Shown piece by piece: positions 9,767-19,866 of a stretch of 64,000 nucleotides of DNA. The stretch lies in contig JAJFKG010000051.1 in NCBI GenBank assembly GCA_021773335.1, forward strand, positions 133,985 to 197,984. The letters are read 5' to 3'. The notes below the pieces were generated by a model. It was not told the origin of the DNA. It saw only the letters and a program-made list of their open reading frames with translations, and did not search any database. The first letter of the stretch is position 1. Each line of letters begins with the position of its first letter. This stretch comes from Gammaproteobacteria bacterium (GTDB lineage Bacteria; Pseudomonadota; Gammaproteobacteria; JAJFKG01). A program made the position numbers and the translations under genes.

Positions 9767-11110
9767 CTACTGCATGCCCGGGAAGTTCCGCATCATCTTC
9801 GCCATCCCCCCACCTTTCGCCATCTTTTTCATCATTTTTTGCATGTGCTTGAATTGCTTAAGCAAACGATTGATATCTTGGATTTCGGTACCGGAACCGT
9901 TGGCGATGCGCTGTTTGCGTGAGCCATTAATCAGGTCTGGGCTGCGGCGTTCTTTCTTGGTCATGGAATTGATGATCGCTTCGATGCGTACCAGTGATTT
10001 ATCGTTGACTTGCTCCTGGGCCGCATCTGGGATATTCGGTACGCCGGGCAATTTGCTAAGCATGCTGCTGATGCCACCCATGTTGCGCATTTGAATTAAT
10101 TGGTCACGAAAATCCTCTAAATCGAAGCCTTTGCCTTTCTTGAGTTTCTTTGCCATTTTTTCGGCTTTTTGCTTATCGACTTTGCGTTCGGCTTCTTCGA
10201 CCAACGTCAGAACGTCACCCATGCCGAGAATGCGTGATGCGACCCGATCAGGATGAAAGGCCTCTAAGGCATCTGTCTTTTCACCCACACCCATAAACTT
10301 GATCGGTTTTTCAGTGATCATGCGCACCGATAACGCTGCACCACCACGCGCATCACCATCCGTCTTAGTGAGGATGGTGCCAGTTAATGGCAGAGCATCA
10401 TTAAAGGCTTGTGCACTATTCGCGGCATCTTGTCCTGTCATGCTGTCGACGACGAAGAGTGTTTCAATCGGGTTGATGGCCTTATGAATGGCCTTGATTT
10501 CATCCATCATTTCGGCATCGATATGCAAACGTCCGGCGGTGTCGACAAGCACAACCTCCAAGTGCTTCGACTTAGCGTGAGCGATAGCATCTTTGGCAAT
10601 TTTTGTGGGTTTTTGTTTTTCATCACTCGGGAAGAAATCAACTTCGATTTCGCCAGCCAAGGTTTCTAACTGTTTGATCGCCGCTGGGCGGTAGACGTCG
10701 GCACTGGTAACGAGCACGGATTTTTTCTGGGTTTCCTTGAGCCAGCGCGCTAACTTGGCCACGGTGGTAGTTTTACCTGAGCCTTGTAAGCCTGCCATCA
10801 AGATCACCGCTGGTGGTGTTGTTTTGAGGTTAAGTGCTGCATTGGCTTCACCCATGATATGCGTTAATTCTTCTTGCACGATTTTTACTAAGGCTTGGCC
10901 GGGATTGATGCTGGTCATGACTTCGCGGCCAATCGCACGTTTGCGGATGTCATTGATAAATTGTTTGACAACAGGCCATGCCACGTCAGCTTCGAGCAAG
11001 GCTTTGCGGATTTCACGCATCGTATCTTTGATGTTTTTATCGGTCAGGCGGCCCTTACCACTTATACTACGCAGGGTGTTGCCGAGGCGCTGCGAAAGAT
11101 TGTCAAACAT
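9767..11110 (-). CDS. ffh: Signal recognition particle protein
   Basis: GLQGSGKTT, DTAGR, TKTDGDARGGAALS, Met-rich M domain. Confidence 0.99.
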   Translation of the reverse strand: MFDNLSQRLGNTLRSISGKGRLTDKNIKDTMREIRKALLEADVAWPVVKQFINDIRKRAIGREVMTSINPGQALVKIVQEELTHIMGEANAALNLKTTPPAVILMAGLQGSGKTTTVAKLARWLKETQKKSVLVTSADVYRPAAIKQLETLAGEIEVDFFPSDEKQKPTKIAKDAIAHAKSKHLEVVLVDTAGRLHIDAEMMDEIKAIHKAINPIETLFVVDSMTGQDAANSAQAFNDALPLTGTILTKTDGDARGGAALSVRMITEKPIKFMGVGEKTDALEAFHPDRVASRILGMGDVLTLVEEAERKVDKQKAEKMAKKLKKGKGFDLEDFRDQLIQMRNMGGISSMLSKLPGVPNIPDAAQEQVNDKSLVRIEAIINSMTKKERRSPDLINGSRKQRIANGSGTEIQDINRLLKQFKHMQKMMKKMAKGGGMAKMMRNFPGMQ

Positions 11111-11306
11111 GTGGGCGTTTTCCTCTTTGGAGTTATTGGTCGATTATTATACCTGATAGGTGTTGATTGCAGCAAACCTCGCCCTATGCGATGATTACGC
11201 CGGAGTTAGGTAACGTCCTAATGCCGTTGTTAAAAGGTGCTTTAACTAACGCCAGTTTTTATGCAAGTTCAAGAGTGTACGGGATTCAACAAAATAGCGG
11301 AAGAAG

Positions 11307-12104
11307 ATGCGTTTCATTATATTGGATATAGTAGCAATTTTTTTCTATTTCCTTGCTGCCGCATGGCAAGGTTTACATTTATTGGGGCGCCGTCGTGAAG
11401 GTAAGTTCGGCTTATTGATCCTCGGCAGCTTAGCGGTCTTGTTACATGCGTATTTACTCTATCGTTGGATCGATTTGAGCGGCGTTGGGCAAAATCTAAG
11501 TTTCTTGAATTTAACCTCGATGGTAGTGTGGCTGGCAGCCCTGTTAGTATTATTGGCGACAATAACGATGCCAGTAGAAAACCTAATCGTATTGATATTT
11601 CCAATAGCAGCATTCTCGATTGCTTTAGTTGTACTTTTCCCCATGCGGAACTTAATCAACACGGGTACTGAACCACGTAAATTATTTCATATCCTATTAT
11701 CATTATTGGCATTTAGTGTGTTATGGGTGGCGAGTATGCAGGCAATCCTTTTAGCGATCCAAGATCGACAATTACGCAAGAAACAAACACGCGGCATTAT
11801 CCAATTTTTGCCGCCGCTACAAACCATGGAATCACTGCTCTTCAAGATTATTTGGTTAGGCTTTATTCTATTATCATTAGTGCTCATAACAGCATTTTTA
11901 TTCTTTGATAATATTCTCGCGCCAGATTTATTACGCCATACGGTGCTCTCCTGTATCGCGTGGGTGATCTTCGCGATTTTATTATTAGGCCGCCATTATT
12001 TCGGATGGCGTGGTCGTAAGGCGATTAACTGGACTTTGGGCGGAGTACTCTTTCTCGCCCTATCGTATTTGGGTAGCCATTATTTACTAGCCTTGGTGGG
12101 ATGA
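11307..12104 (+). CDS. ypjD: Cytochrome c assembly (CcsA/YpjD) family inner-membrane protein
   Basis: Multi-TM, LPPLQTMESLLF and FGWRG motifs; divergent from ffh as is typical. Confidence 0.85.
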   Translation: MRFIILDIVAIFFYFLAAAWQGLHLLGRRREGKFGLLILGSLAVLLHAYLLYRWIDLSGVGQNLSFLNLTSMVVWLAALLVLLATITMPVENLIVLIFPIAAFSIALVVLFPMRNLINTGTEPRKLFHILLSLLAFSVLWVASMQAILLAIQDRQLRKKQTRGIIQFLPPLQTMESLLFKIIWLGFILLSLVLITAFLFFDNILAPDLLRHTVLSCIAWVIFAILLLGRHYFGWRGRKAINWTLGGVLFLALSYLGSHYLLALVG

Positions 12105-13369
12105 CCTTGAGTATCACATCGCTTCTTATTCTCTTTGTTGGTTTGTTACTGTTGATTGTAATCTCGGCATTTTTTTCTGGTTCTGAGATTGGCATGATGT
12201 CATTAAACCGTTATCGTTTACGCCATATGGCGCGCCATAAAAATCGTGCTGCGCAACGTGCACAAATTCTCTTGCAACGTCCGGATCGTTTGTTGGGGGT
12301 GATCTTAATTGGTAATACCTTTGCGAATATTTTGGCATCCTCGATAGCAACGGTATTAGCGGTACATTTTTGGGGTGACATTGGTGTTGCGATTGCGACG
12401 ATAGTGTTGACTTTAGTGATTTTGATCTTTGCTGAAATAACGCCTAAAACTGTTGCGGCACTTTATCCAGAGCGTTTTGCCTTTGTCGTATCTTGGCCAT
12501 TGAAGTATTTACTACGTTTGTTTTACCCTTTTGTTTGGCTGGTTAACAAGATAACGAGCGCCTTATTAGGTTTTGTTGGTGTAAACGTAGAAGGAAGACG
12601 TAGTGATGCTTTGACGAATGAAGAGTTGCGTACAGTTGTACGTGAAGCCTCTGGCCGTATGCCATCGCTGCATCAAGATATGCTGCTACGCGTTTTAGAT
12701 ATGGAAAATGTCTGCGTGGATGACATTATGGTGCCGCGCAATGAAATGGTTGGGATCGACTTGGATGATAGTTGGGATAATATTTTGCAACAGATTATCG
12801 ATGTTAAGCACACACGTTTACCGGTATATCGTCAATCGATAGATAAAGTGCAGGGCGTGTTAGATGTACGCAGGGCGTTAAGTTTGTTGGCCCAAGGAAA
12901 GTTAGATAAAGCTGATTTGGCGCAATTTACGCGGGCGCCTTATTTTGTTCCGGAAGGCACACCATTGCATACGCAGTTAATGAATTTTGACCGTGTGAAA
13001 CGTCGCACAGCATTAGTGGTGGACGAATATGGTGATATTCTCGGCCTCGTAACACTCCAAGATGTGGTGGAAGAAGTTGTTGGTGAGTTTGTACGTGATA
13101 TTGAACCTGGTTTTGGTGAAGTGCGGCAACAAAAAGATGGCTCCTATGTGGTGCAAGGCAGCATTAACGTACGCGAGTTAAACCGCTTGATGAAGTGGCA
13201 ATTGCCAGAGACCGGCCCCAAGACATTGAGCGGCTTGATTATCGAGCATTTGCAATCGATTCCGAATCATGGGGTGGGTTTACGCTTAAACGGGTATCCT
13301 ATAGAAGTGTTAACCGTGAAGGGTAATAAGGTCAAGACAGCGCGTGTTATGCCAGGATTGCGTAAATAA
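12101..13369 (+). CDS. HlyC/CorC (CNNM-CBS-CorC) family Mg/Co transporter, YfjD/CorB-like
   Basis: SAFFSGSE, ILIGN, FAEITPK, CBS pair with VVDEYG. Confidence 0.93.
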   Translation: MTLSITSLLILFVGLLLLIVISAFFSGSEIGMMSLNRYRLRHMARHKNRAAQRAQILLQRPDRLLGVILIGNTFANILASSIATVLAVHFWGDIGVAIATIVLTLVILIFAEITPKTVAALYPERFAFVVSWPLKYLLRLFYPFVWLVNKITSALLGFVGVNVEGRRSDALTNEELRTVVREASGRMPSLHQDMLLRVLDMENVCVDDIMVPRNEMVGIDLDDSWDNILQQIIDVKHTRLPVYRQSIDKVQGVLDVRRALSLLAQGKLDKADLAQFTRAPYFVPEGTPLHTQLMNFDRVKRRTALVVDEYGDILGLVTLQDVVEEVVGEFVRDIEPGFGEVRQQKDGSYVVQGSINVRELNRLMKWQLPETGPKTLSGLIIEHLQSIPNHGVGLRLNGYPIEVLTVKGNKVKTARVMPGLRK

Positions 13370-13387
13370 ATAAGCCGCATTACAGCA

Positions 13388-13759
13388 TCAAGCTAACAGT
13401 ATCCCTGCTACGACCTGACGCCCCTCAGACATTAACAAATTATAGGTGCGGCACGCGGCGCCAGTGTCCATGATTTCTGGGCTAAGTCCACATTCTAATA
13501 ATGGTGTCAGTACTTCATGTGTCGGGAATACCAATTGTTTGCCGGTACCAAGAATGACCACTTCTGGTGCGAACTTGAGGATTTCGGCAAGGTCTTGGCT
13601 ATTTAGCTCAGCAATAGCGTGGGGCGTCCAAGGTACGAGTAAGTTCTCAGGCGCAACAATGAGATTTTGTGAATAGCATTGCCCCGCAATTTGGATAGAT
13701 TGCTCACCATAAGCTTGGATGCGATATGAGGCAGTGCCAGTGTCAAGGCTGATTTCCAT
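13388..13759 (-). CDS. Mth938-like (DUF498) protein
   Basis: PEVVILGTG, MDTGAACRTYNLLMSEGR; start ATG 13759. Confidence 0.9.
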   Translation of the reverse strand: MEISLDTGTASYRIQAYGEQSIQIAGQCYSQNLIVAPENLLVPWTPHAIAELNSQDLAEILKFAPEVVILGTGKQLVFPTHEVLTPLLECGLSPEIMDTGAACRTYNLLMSEGRQVVAGILLA

Positions 13760-13848
13760 GGGAACTCCTGCATGATAATGGCGAAGAATAGCACTTGCGG
13801 TCAAAAGATGCTATAAATGGGGCTTTTCTACTTTAAGGTACTTCGGAA

Positions 13849-15045
13849 ATGGATGAGTTTGCCCGCATAAAACGTTTACCTCCTTATGTATTTAATACTG
13901 TAAATACTATTAAGGCGCAGGCGCGTGCGCGTGGCGAAGATATTATTGATTTTGGTATGGGGAATCCCGATCAACCAACGCCACAATACATTGTCGATAA
14001 GTTGATTGAAGCTGTGCAGCGCCCGGATACGCACCGTTATTCCGCTTCCCAGGGGATTCCACGCTTACGTCGTGCGATTTGCCGTTGGTATGCTGATCGC
14101 TACGACGTTGAAATAGATCAAGATCGCGAAGCCATCGTCACAATTGGTTCTAAAGAAGGTTTAGGCCATTTAGCCTTAGCAACCACTGGCCCGGGTGATG
14201 CTGTTTTAGTACCTAATCCTGCTTATCCGATTCACCCTTATAGTTTCACTATTGCGGGTGCCGATATTCGTCATATTCCCTTACAGCCTGGCGTGGATTT
14301 TTTCGCCGCGTTGGAAAAGGCGATTCGAGATTCTTGGCCTAAGCCGAAAATGCTCGTGATTAACTTTCCATCTAACCCGACGGCGCAATGTGTGGAGTTA
14401 GAATTTTTTGCCAAAGTGATCGACATAGCAAAAGAGCATAAGATATGGGTGATACACGATTTGGCGTACGCAGAAATTGCGTTTGATGGCTATAAACCAC
14501 CTTCAATTTTGCAAATCCCTGGCGCTAAAGATATCGCGGTTGAGACTTACTCCTTATCTAAAACCTATAATATGCCTGGCTGGCGTGTGGGTTTTGTGTG
14601 TGGTAATCATAAGTTGGTTGGCGCGTTAACACGTCTAAAATCTTATTTAGACTATGGGATGTTTACCCCGATTCAAGTGGCGGCGATCCATGCCCTTGAA
14701 GGCCCGCAAGATTGTGTAGCTGAGATTTGTGAACTTTATCGGCAGCGTCGTAATGTTTTGTGCAATGGTTTGCAATCGATTGGTTGGGATGTTCCATTAC
14801 CTAAGGCAACGATGTTTGCTTGGGCAAGAATCCCAGAAGAATACCAACATTTAGGTTCGCTCGAGTTTTCGAAATACATGCTGCAGCACGCGAAAGTCGC
14901 GGTGTCGCCCGGTATTGGTTTTGGTGAGTATGGTGATAGCCACGTGCGATTTGGTTTGATCGAAAATTGTCATCGTACACGCCAAGCCATTCGCGGTATT
15001 CGTGATATGTTCCGTAAAGATGGCATTACTAAACAGAGCGCATAA
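13849..15045 (+). CDS. alaC: Alanine transaminase (class I/II aminotransferase)
   Basis: [34 protein letters not shown]. Confidence 0.93.
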   Translation: MDEFARIKRLPPYVFNTVNTIKAQARARGEDIIDFGMGNPDQPTPQYIVDKLIEAVQRPDTHRYSASQGIPRLRRAICRWYADRYDVEIDQDREAIVTIGSKEGLGHLALATTGPGDAVLVPNPAYPIHPYSFTIAGADIRHIPLQPGVDFFAALEKAIRDSWPKPKMLVINFPSNPTAQCVELEFFAKVIDIAKEHKIWVIHDLAYAEIAFDGYKPPSILQIPGAKDIAVETYSLSKTYNMPGWRVGFVCGNHKLVGALTRLKSYLDYGMFTPIQVAAIHALEGPQDCVAEICELYRQRRNVLCNGLQSIGWDVPLPKATMFAWARIPEEYQHLGSLEFSKYMLQHAKVAVSPGIGFGEYGDSHVRFGLIENCHRTRQAIRGIRDMFRKDGITKQSA

Positions 15046-15432
15046 TTACATTTTTGAATTGCCATATTTTGCGTAACGCACGCCTAAGAATGCGATATAG
15101 ATCCAACCTATCATGAAGGCGATGCCACCGATGGGCACGAGGTATCGTGCATCTGGCAATGGTATTAGCACCATGCTATAAATCCCACCACAGAAAAATA
15201 AGATACCAATCACAAATGATAAACAAGCGAGACGCAAGATACGCGAGTGGCGTGCGCTCGATAAGCTGAGAAACACTAATACCATAGCGTGCCACATTTG
15301 GTAACGTACGGCGGTCATGAAGGCTTGGTACTCGCTACTGGCAATATGCAGTTGTAACATGTGATCGGCACTGGCGCCTGCCATGACTGCGCCTAATCCT
15401 AGTAATCCACCTAGTGCTAGCCAAATATTCAT
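15046..15432 (-). CDS. DUF423/YgdD family membrane protein
   Basis: TAVRYQMWHA, GILFFCGGIY, PIGGIAFMIGW; GGAGG RBS before ATG 15432. Confidence 0.9.
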   Translation of the reverse strand: MNIWLALGGLLGLGAVMAGASADHMLQLHIASSEYQAFMTAVRYQMWHAMVLVFLSLSSARHSRILRLACLSFVIGILFFCGGIYSMVLIPLPDARYLVPIGGIAFMIGWIYIAFLGVRYAKYGNSKM

Positions 15433-15512
15433 GTCACCTCCTGTATGTTTTCTGCTGCAGTTTATCACGGCGCAGAATAAAATTCTTTTTCGCTTTTTTA
15501 GTCCGACTACAA

Positions 15513-15544
15513 ACTGGTCCCGTTGCTCCAGCGGCGGGACCTTA
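15513..15544 (+). repeat. CTGGTCCCACC-family hairpin repeat
   Basis: ACTGGTCCCGTTGC-TCCA-GCGGCGGGACCTTA; same flanks as the 7236 and 37217 copies. Confidence 0.75.
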
Positions 15545-15555
15545 GTATTCCCCTG

Positions 15556-15685
15556 TTGGTTACGCTTCTTGACGCCGTCGGGGTGGGAGATACTTTTTTC
15601 CTATGTCGTTCGCTTATTGCTGCGCCCTTGTTCGCATTAGGGTCGCAAAGATTCGACATCCTGTCTCAGCTTTGCTCATTGTCAT
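15556..15685 (-). repeat. Partial inverted copy of the 16951-17156 palindromic element
   Basis: 15638-15680 is the exact reverse complement of 17032-17074 (43 bp); looser similarity extends to about 15556. Confidence 0.9.
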
Positions 15686-15784
15686 CCTTAGTCTAGAACG
15701 GTGCAGATTGCTAGGTTGCCCCGCTTTTCAAAAGCAATGTTCAGTATTTTATTTTTTGAATGTAGGAATTTAAACCCGGTAGCA

Positions 15785-15813
15785 CGTCATTCCGTGCTTG
15801 ACACGGAATCCAG
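15785..15813 (+). repeat. CGTC-type REP-like hairpin
   Basis: CGTCATTCCGTG-CTTGA-CACGGAATCCAG; further hairpins follow to about 15870. Confidence 0.7.
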
Positions 15814-15952
15814 AAGCATATGAGGTAGCTGCGTAGCAGCTCACCGATGTCGGATGCGAAGCATTCGACTTAGAGAATGCTGGTATGTTTTTTGAATAAG
15901 CACAGCTTGTTAAAGATCAGTGCTGGCTAGACAAAAGAACGGGGCCATCAAT

Positions 15953-16882
15953 ATGGAAAGAAAATTTTACGCAAAATTTAGAAGCATGAATGTAAATACA
16001 ATATCTGGCTTAGTAAATAAGAAATTGAAGTTTTCAACGGTATTCGAGTTCAATGATTTTAATGAGTTGCATTATATCTCCTCTGCTGTTGATGAATCTA
16101 AATTAAAGTCTGCTCTCAACGAGAGAGTACAAGCTGGCCTGAGTACAAATGATATTTGTAATGAACTGATTGCTAGTGGAAAGTACCTTAATAATTTTAT
16201 AGATGAGAGATTGCGTCCTTGGCTTAATAGTGGAAGGCTAAATAATAACTCAACACCTGAAAAGTGTCGCCCCCCTTTAGAAGAATACTTAGCTTACTCA
16301 AGTGTTGGTATATTTTGCATTTCTGATATTGACGTATTTAAAGATAAGGTAGTTAACCCTAATGATGACTCTCTTAAATATCGCGGCGACGCAGCTCAAT
16401 TAATGTTTGCGCATTATGCTGATAATTTAAGGGGTATTTGTCTAGTTTATGAAGCACAAAATGGCGCGGACTTAATGAAAGTTGAGTATGAACAAGGGAT
16501 AAAAATATCAGCTGGAGAGACAAATAGGATTTTTCGATGGGTGCGAGAAGACTATGCTAGAATAGACATGGACGACTTTCTAAATAAATCAGATTATTGG
16601 AAATACGAAAAAGAATATCGCATTTTCAAACAGCCCGGCTTTTATTCATATAACGAAGCTAAGCTAGAATTGGTTGCAATTCTACATACCCCAAGAATTG
16701 GCAAGCATCATATAGAAACGCTAAATAATATAAATGAAAACTTTTATGGGGGACAACTGCTTATTCAGGAGATTAAGGCAGCACTTGGTACATATGAATT
16801 CGTCGTTTTGAGCAAGTCAAATGGAAATCGAAATGTGCTTGATTGGTTGAATGGTAAGCTTAACTCGTCTAAGGAGTCTTAA
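15953..16882 (+). CDS. DUF2971 domain protein (AT-rich, probably horizontally acquired)
   Basis: FNDFNE, LMFAHYADNLRGICLVY, KSDYWKYEKEYR motifs. Confidence 0.85.
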   Translation: MERKFYAKFRSMNVNTISGLVNKKLKFSTVFEFNDFNELHYISSAVDESKLKSALNERVQAGLSTNDICNELIASGKYLNNFIDERLRPWLNSGRLNNNSTPEKCRPPLEEYLAYSSVGIFCISDIDVFKDKVVNPNDDSLKYRGDAAQLMFAHYADNLRGICLVYEAQNGADLMKVEYEQGIKISAGETNRIFRWVREDYARIDMDDFLNKSDYWKYEKEYRIFKQPGFYSYNEAKLELVAILHTPRIGKHHIETLNNINENFYGGQLLIQEIKAALGTYEFVVLSKSNGNRNVLDWLNGKLNSSKES

Positions 16883-16950
16883 TAAGTAAATAGCTCTACC
16901 CCTTTTTTTACTTTAGGCACTGTCAATTCATTATCTCTCGATTGGCAAGA

Positions 16951-17137
16951 GCTGGGGTTGCGAGGAAAGGTTTTTCGACATTTTGAGTGAGCAGCGAGCG
17001 GAGCGCAGGGTCATTTTCGCAGGGATGCGAAAATGAGCAAAGCTGAGACAGGATGTCGAATCTTTGCGACCCTAGCGCGCAGTGAAAGGCGCAGCCAAGC
17101 GAACGAAAGGAGAAAAACCTTTCCTCGCAACCCCAGC
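16951..17137. mobile_element. MITE-like multi-hairpin element, 187 bp
   Basis: Perfect 26-bp terminal inverted repeat (16951-16976/17112-17137); internal hairpins with AGGGAT and AGGAT loops; partial second copy at 15556-15685. Confidence 0.7.
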
Positions 17138-17333
17138 GGTATCAATAAGCGGAACCGAATAAACAATCTTAATAACGAATCTATGCTTCCCAACCCCAGC
17201 AGTGCTAAAATCCACCTCCATGGTCAGAAAATTGCATAAAGCCCAGGAAAGAGACAAAATGACGAAAATTGCAGCAGAAGCACAACAGCAAACACACAAA
17301 CAAACACAAAGCGCACAAACAAAGGACAAACAC

Positions 17334-18641
17334 TTGCAACCCGTAAAAGTCGGCATACTCGGATTAGGCACCGTCGGTAGCGGTACCGTCAACGTGCTCC
17401 ACAATAATCGCGATGAAATCACACGTCGCGCCGGGCGCGCCATCGATGTCACTCATGTCGCATTACGTGATATAAAGAAGAAACGTGATTGCAACACGCA
17501 AAATATCGAACTCAGCACCGATCCCTTTAGCATCGTCAACCAACCCGACATCGACGTCGTCGTCGAACTTATCGGTGGTACCGACATCGCACGCGAACTC
17601 GTGCTGCAAGCTATTGCCAATGGCAAACATGTGGTTACCGCGAATAAAGCCTTGATCGCCCATCACGGTAATGAAATTTTCGCGCAAGCACAAAAGCACG
17701 GCGTCGTCGTTGCTTTTGAAGCCGCAGTCGCCGGTGGTATACCCATCATTAAATCAATTCGCGAAGGTTTAGCCGGCAATCGTATCGAATGGTTAGCGGG
17801 TATCATTAATGGCACGTGTAATTATATTCTCACCCAGATGCAACAATACGGACGTGACTTTGCCGAAGTGTTAAGTGAAGCGCAAAAACTCGGTTATGCC
17901 GAAGCCGACCCAAGTTTTGATATCGACGGTGTTGATGTCGCGCATAAGCTTACGATTCTTGCTTCGATTGCATTTGGCATCCCTTTACAATATAACAAAG
18001 TCTATGTCGAAGGTATCCGCAATATTACCCAGCTCGATGTCAGTTATGCAGAACAACTGGGTTACCGCATAAAACACTTAGGTTTCGCGCGGCGCCAAGC
18101 CCAAGGTATAGAGTTGCGCGTGCATCCTTGTTTTATCTCGCAGCAATGTTTGCTTGCGCATGTCGATGGCGTGATGAATGCAGTACTCGTCGAAGGTGAT
18201 GCCGTTGGGCAGACGTTATATTATGGAGCAGGTGCAGGGGCGAATCCAACAGCCTCTTCAGTCGTTGCTGACTTAGTTGAAGTCGTACGCACACTCACGA
18301 CCGATAGTGAAAACCGTGTCCCACATCTCGCTTTTCAAGCCGATGCCTTATCAACAACGCCGATCATGTCCATCGAAGCAGTTGAATCTGTCTACTATAT
18401 TCGTATGCAAGCACGCGATGAAGCAGGGGTGTTGGCCGAAGTTACGCAAATCCTGAGTGAATTAAATATCAGTATGGAAGCTATTTTACAGAAAGACCGC
18501 GCCGAACATGCCAATCATGTCCACGTCGTGATACTGACACACAAGGTCCCAGAAAAGCACCTCAATACCGCGATTGAACGCATTGAAGCATTGCCTGGCA
18601 TTGCGGAAAATGTTTTGCGAGTGCGCGTCGTTGATCTGTGA
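17334..18641 (+). CDS. hom: Homoserine dehydrogenase with C-terminal ACT domain
   Basis: GLGTVGSG, HVVTANK, EAAVAGGIP, GIINGT, GYAEADP; likely TTG start 17334 after AAGGA (alternative in-frame ATG 17259). Confidence 0.97.
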   Translation: MQPVKVGILGLGTVGSGTVNVLHNNRDEITRRAGRAIDVTHVALRDIKKKRDCNTQNIELSTDPFSIVNQPDIDVVVELIGGTDIARELVLQAIANGKHVVTANKALIAHHGNEIFAQAQKHGVVVAFEAAVAGGIPIIKSIREGLAGNRIEWLAGIINGTCNYILTQMQQYGRDFAEVLSEAQKLGYAEADPSFDIDGVDVAHKLTILASIAFGIPLQYNKVYVEGIRNITQLDVSYAEQLGYRIKHLGFARRQAQGIELRVHPCFISQQCLLAHVDGVMNAVLVEGDAVGQTLYYGAGAGANPTASSVVADLVEVVRTLTTDSENRVPHLAFQADALSTTPIMSIEAVESVYYIRMQARDEAGVLAEVTQILSELNISMEAILQKDRAEHANHVHVVILTHKVPEKHLNTAIERIEALPGIAENVLRVRVVDL

Positions 18642-18767
18642 CGAATAGCTAACCCGTTGAATAATAATAATTTATTATAAGGCGGAAACATGCCGGGGTT
18701 TGTTTCTTGACCACTGTCATGTTAATATGCCCACCTTTAATATATAGGCATACAGGCACCTATTCAC

Positions 18768-19850
18768 ATGCAAGACCGACTCAAAGCTGTCAGACAACAA
18801 ATAGATAGCATTAACAATGAAATTTTACAGCTGATTAATCGGCGGGCTGAATTGGCCAAAGAAGTTGGTGACATCAAACGTGAAGCTAATCCCGAGCCGA
18901 ATTATTATCGTCCTGAACGTGAAGCACAAATCCTGCGTGAATTGATTGCCAAAAATCCTGGGCCTGTACACGATAAAGATGTCGCACAAATCTTTCGCGC
19001 CGTGATAGCGAGTGGCTTAGCTTTGCAGCAACCCTTGACGATTGCCTACCTAGGGCCGCAAGGCACCTTTTCACAAGCAGCAGTCGCACAGCATTTTGGT
19101 AATATAGTCGGGCAAAAGCCGGTTGCCTCGCTAAAACAAGTTTTTCGCACGGTTGAATCGGGTGAAGCAAATTACGGTGTCGTGCCGATTGAAAATTCTA
19201 CCACCGGTTTAATAAAGCCAGTGCTTGATTTATTAATCAGTACCACCCTAAAAATTTGTGGTGAGATTGAAGTCCCGATACAACACCATTTGCTGGTAAA
19301 AGCACAACATAAAAGTGAAATTAGCCGGGTATATTCGCATGAGCAATCGCTACAACAATGTCAGCAATGGCTCGAAAAATATTTGCCAAATGCACAGCAC
19401 ATTGCAGTTGCCAGTAATGCACAAGCAGCGCAGTTGGTGCAACAAGAAGATGGTGCAGCTGCAATTGCCGGTAGTGTCGCGGCACAAGTATATGGGCTTG
19501 AAAAACAATATGAACATATTCAAGATAACCCCAATAATAGTACCCGCTTTGCCATTATTGGTGAACAAGTAGCGGGATTGAGTGGCGTAGATAAAACCTC
19601 TTTAGTCGTTGCGATGGCAGATAAACCCGGTTCCTTATCAGAAATTATTGGACCATTTTCACAACATAATGTGAATTTGTTATTGATTGACGCTAGGCCC
19701 TTACGCCATCCAACTTGGGAATGTGTTTTTTATATTGAAATAGAAGGGCATTGTGATGATGACAAAGTCGCAGCGGCTATCGCAACCATTAACCAACAAC
19801 CAATTATGCTAACGGTACTAGGTTCTTACCCTAAGAGCGTTGAAATATAA
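18768..19850 (+). CDS. pheA: Chorismate mutase/prephenate dehydratase (P-protein)
   Basis: AroQ-type N-terminus (YRPERE), LGPQGTFS, VPIENS, NSTRF, ACT domain. Confidence 0.96.
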   Translation: MQDRLKAVRQQIDSINNEILQLINRRAELAKEVGDIKREANPEPNYYRPEREAQILRELIAKNPGPVHDKDVAQIFRAVIASGLALQQPLTIAYLGPQGTFSQAAVAQHFGNIVGQKPVASLKQVFRTVESGEANYGVVPIENSTTGLIKPVLDLLISTTLKICGEIEVPIQHHLLVKAQHKSEISRVYSHEQSLQQCQQWLEKYLPNAQHIAVASNAQAAQLVQQEDGAAAIAGSVAAQVYGLEKQYEHIQDNPNNSTRFAIIGEQVAGLSGVDKTSLVVAMADKPGSLSEIIGPFSQHNVNLLLIDARPLRHPTWECVFYIEIEGHCDDDKVAAAIATINQQPIMLTVLGSYPKSVEI

Positions 19851-19866
19851 GCGAACTGATAAAACT

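Noticed and set aside
17240..17380. Thr-rich attenuator peptide upstream of hom
   Set aside because: The ACA-rich frame has no start codon after the stop at 17237-17239, and no terminator hairpin is visible
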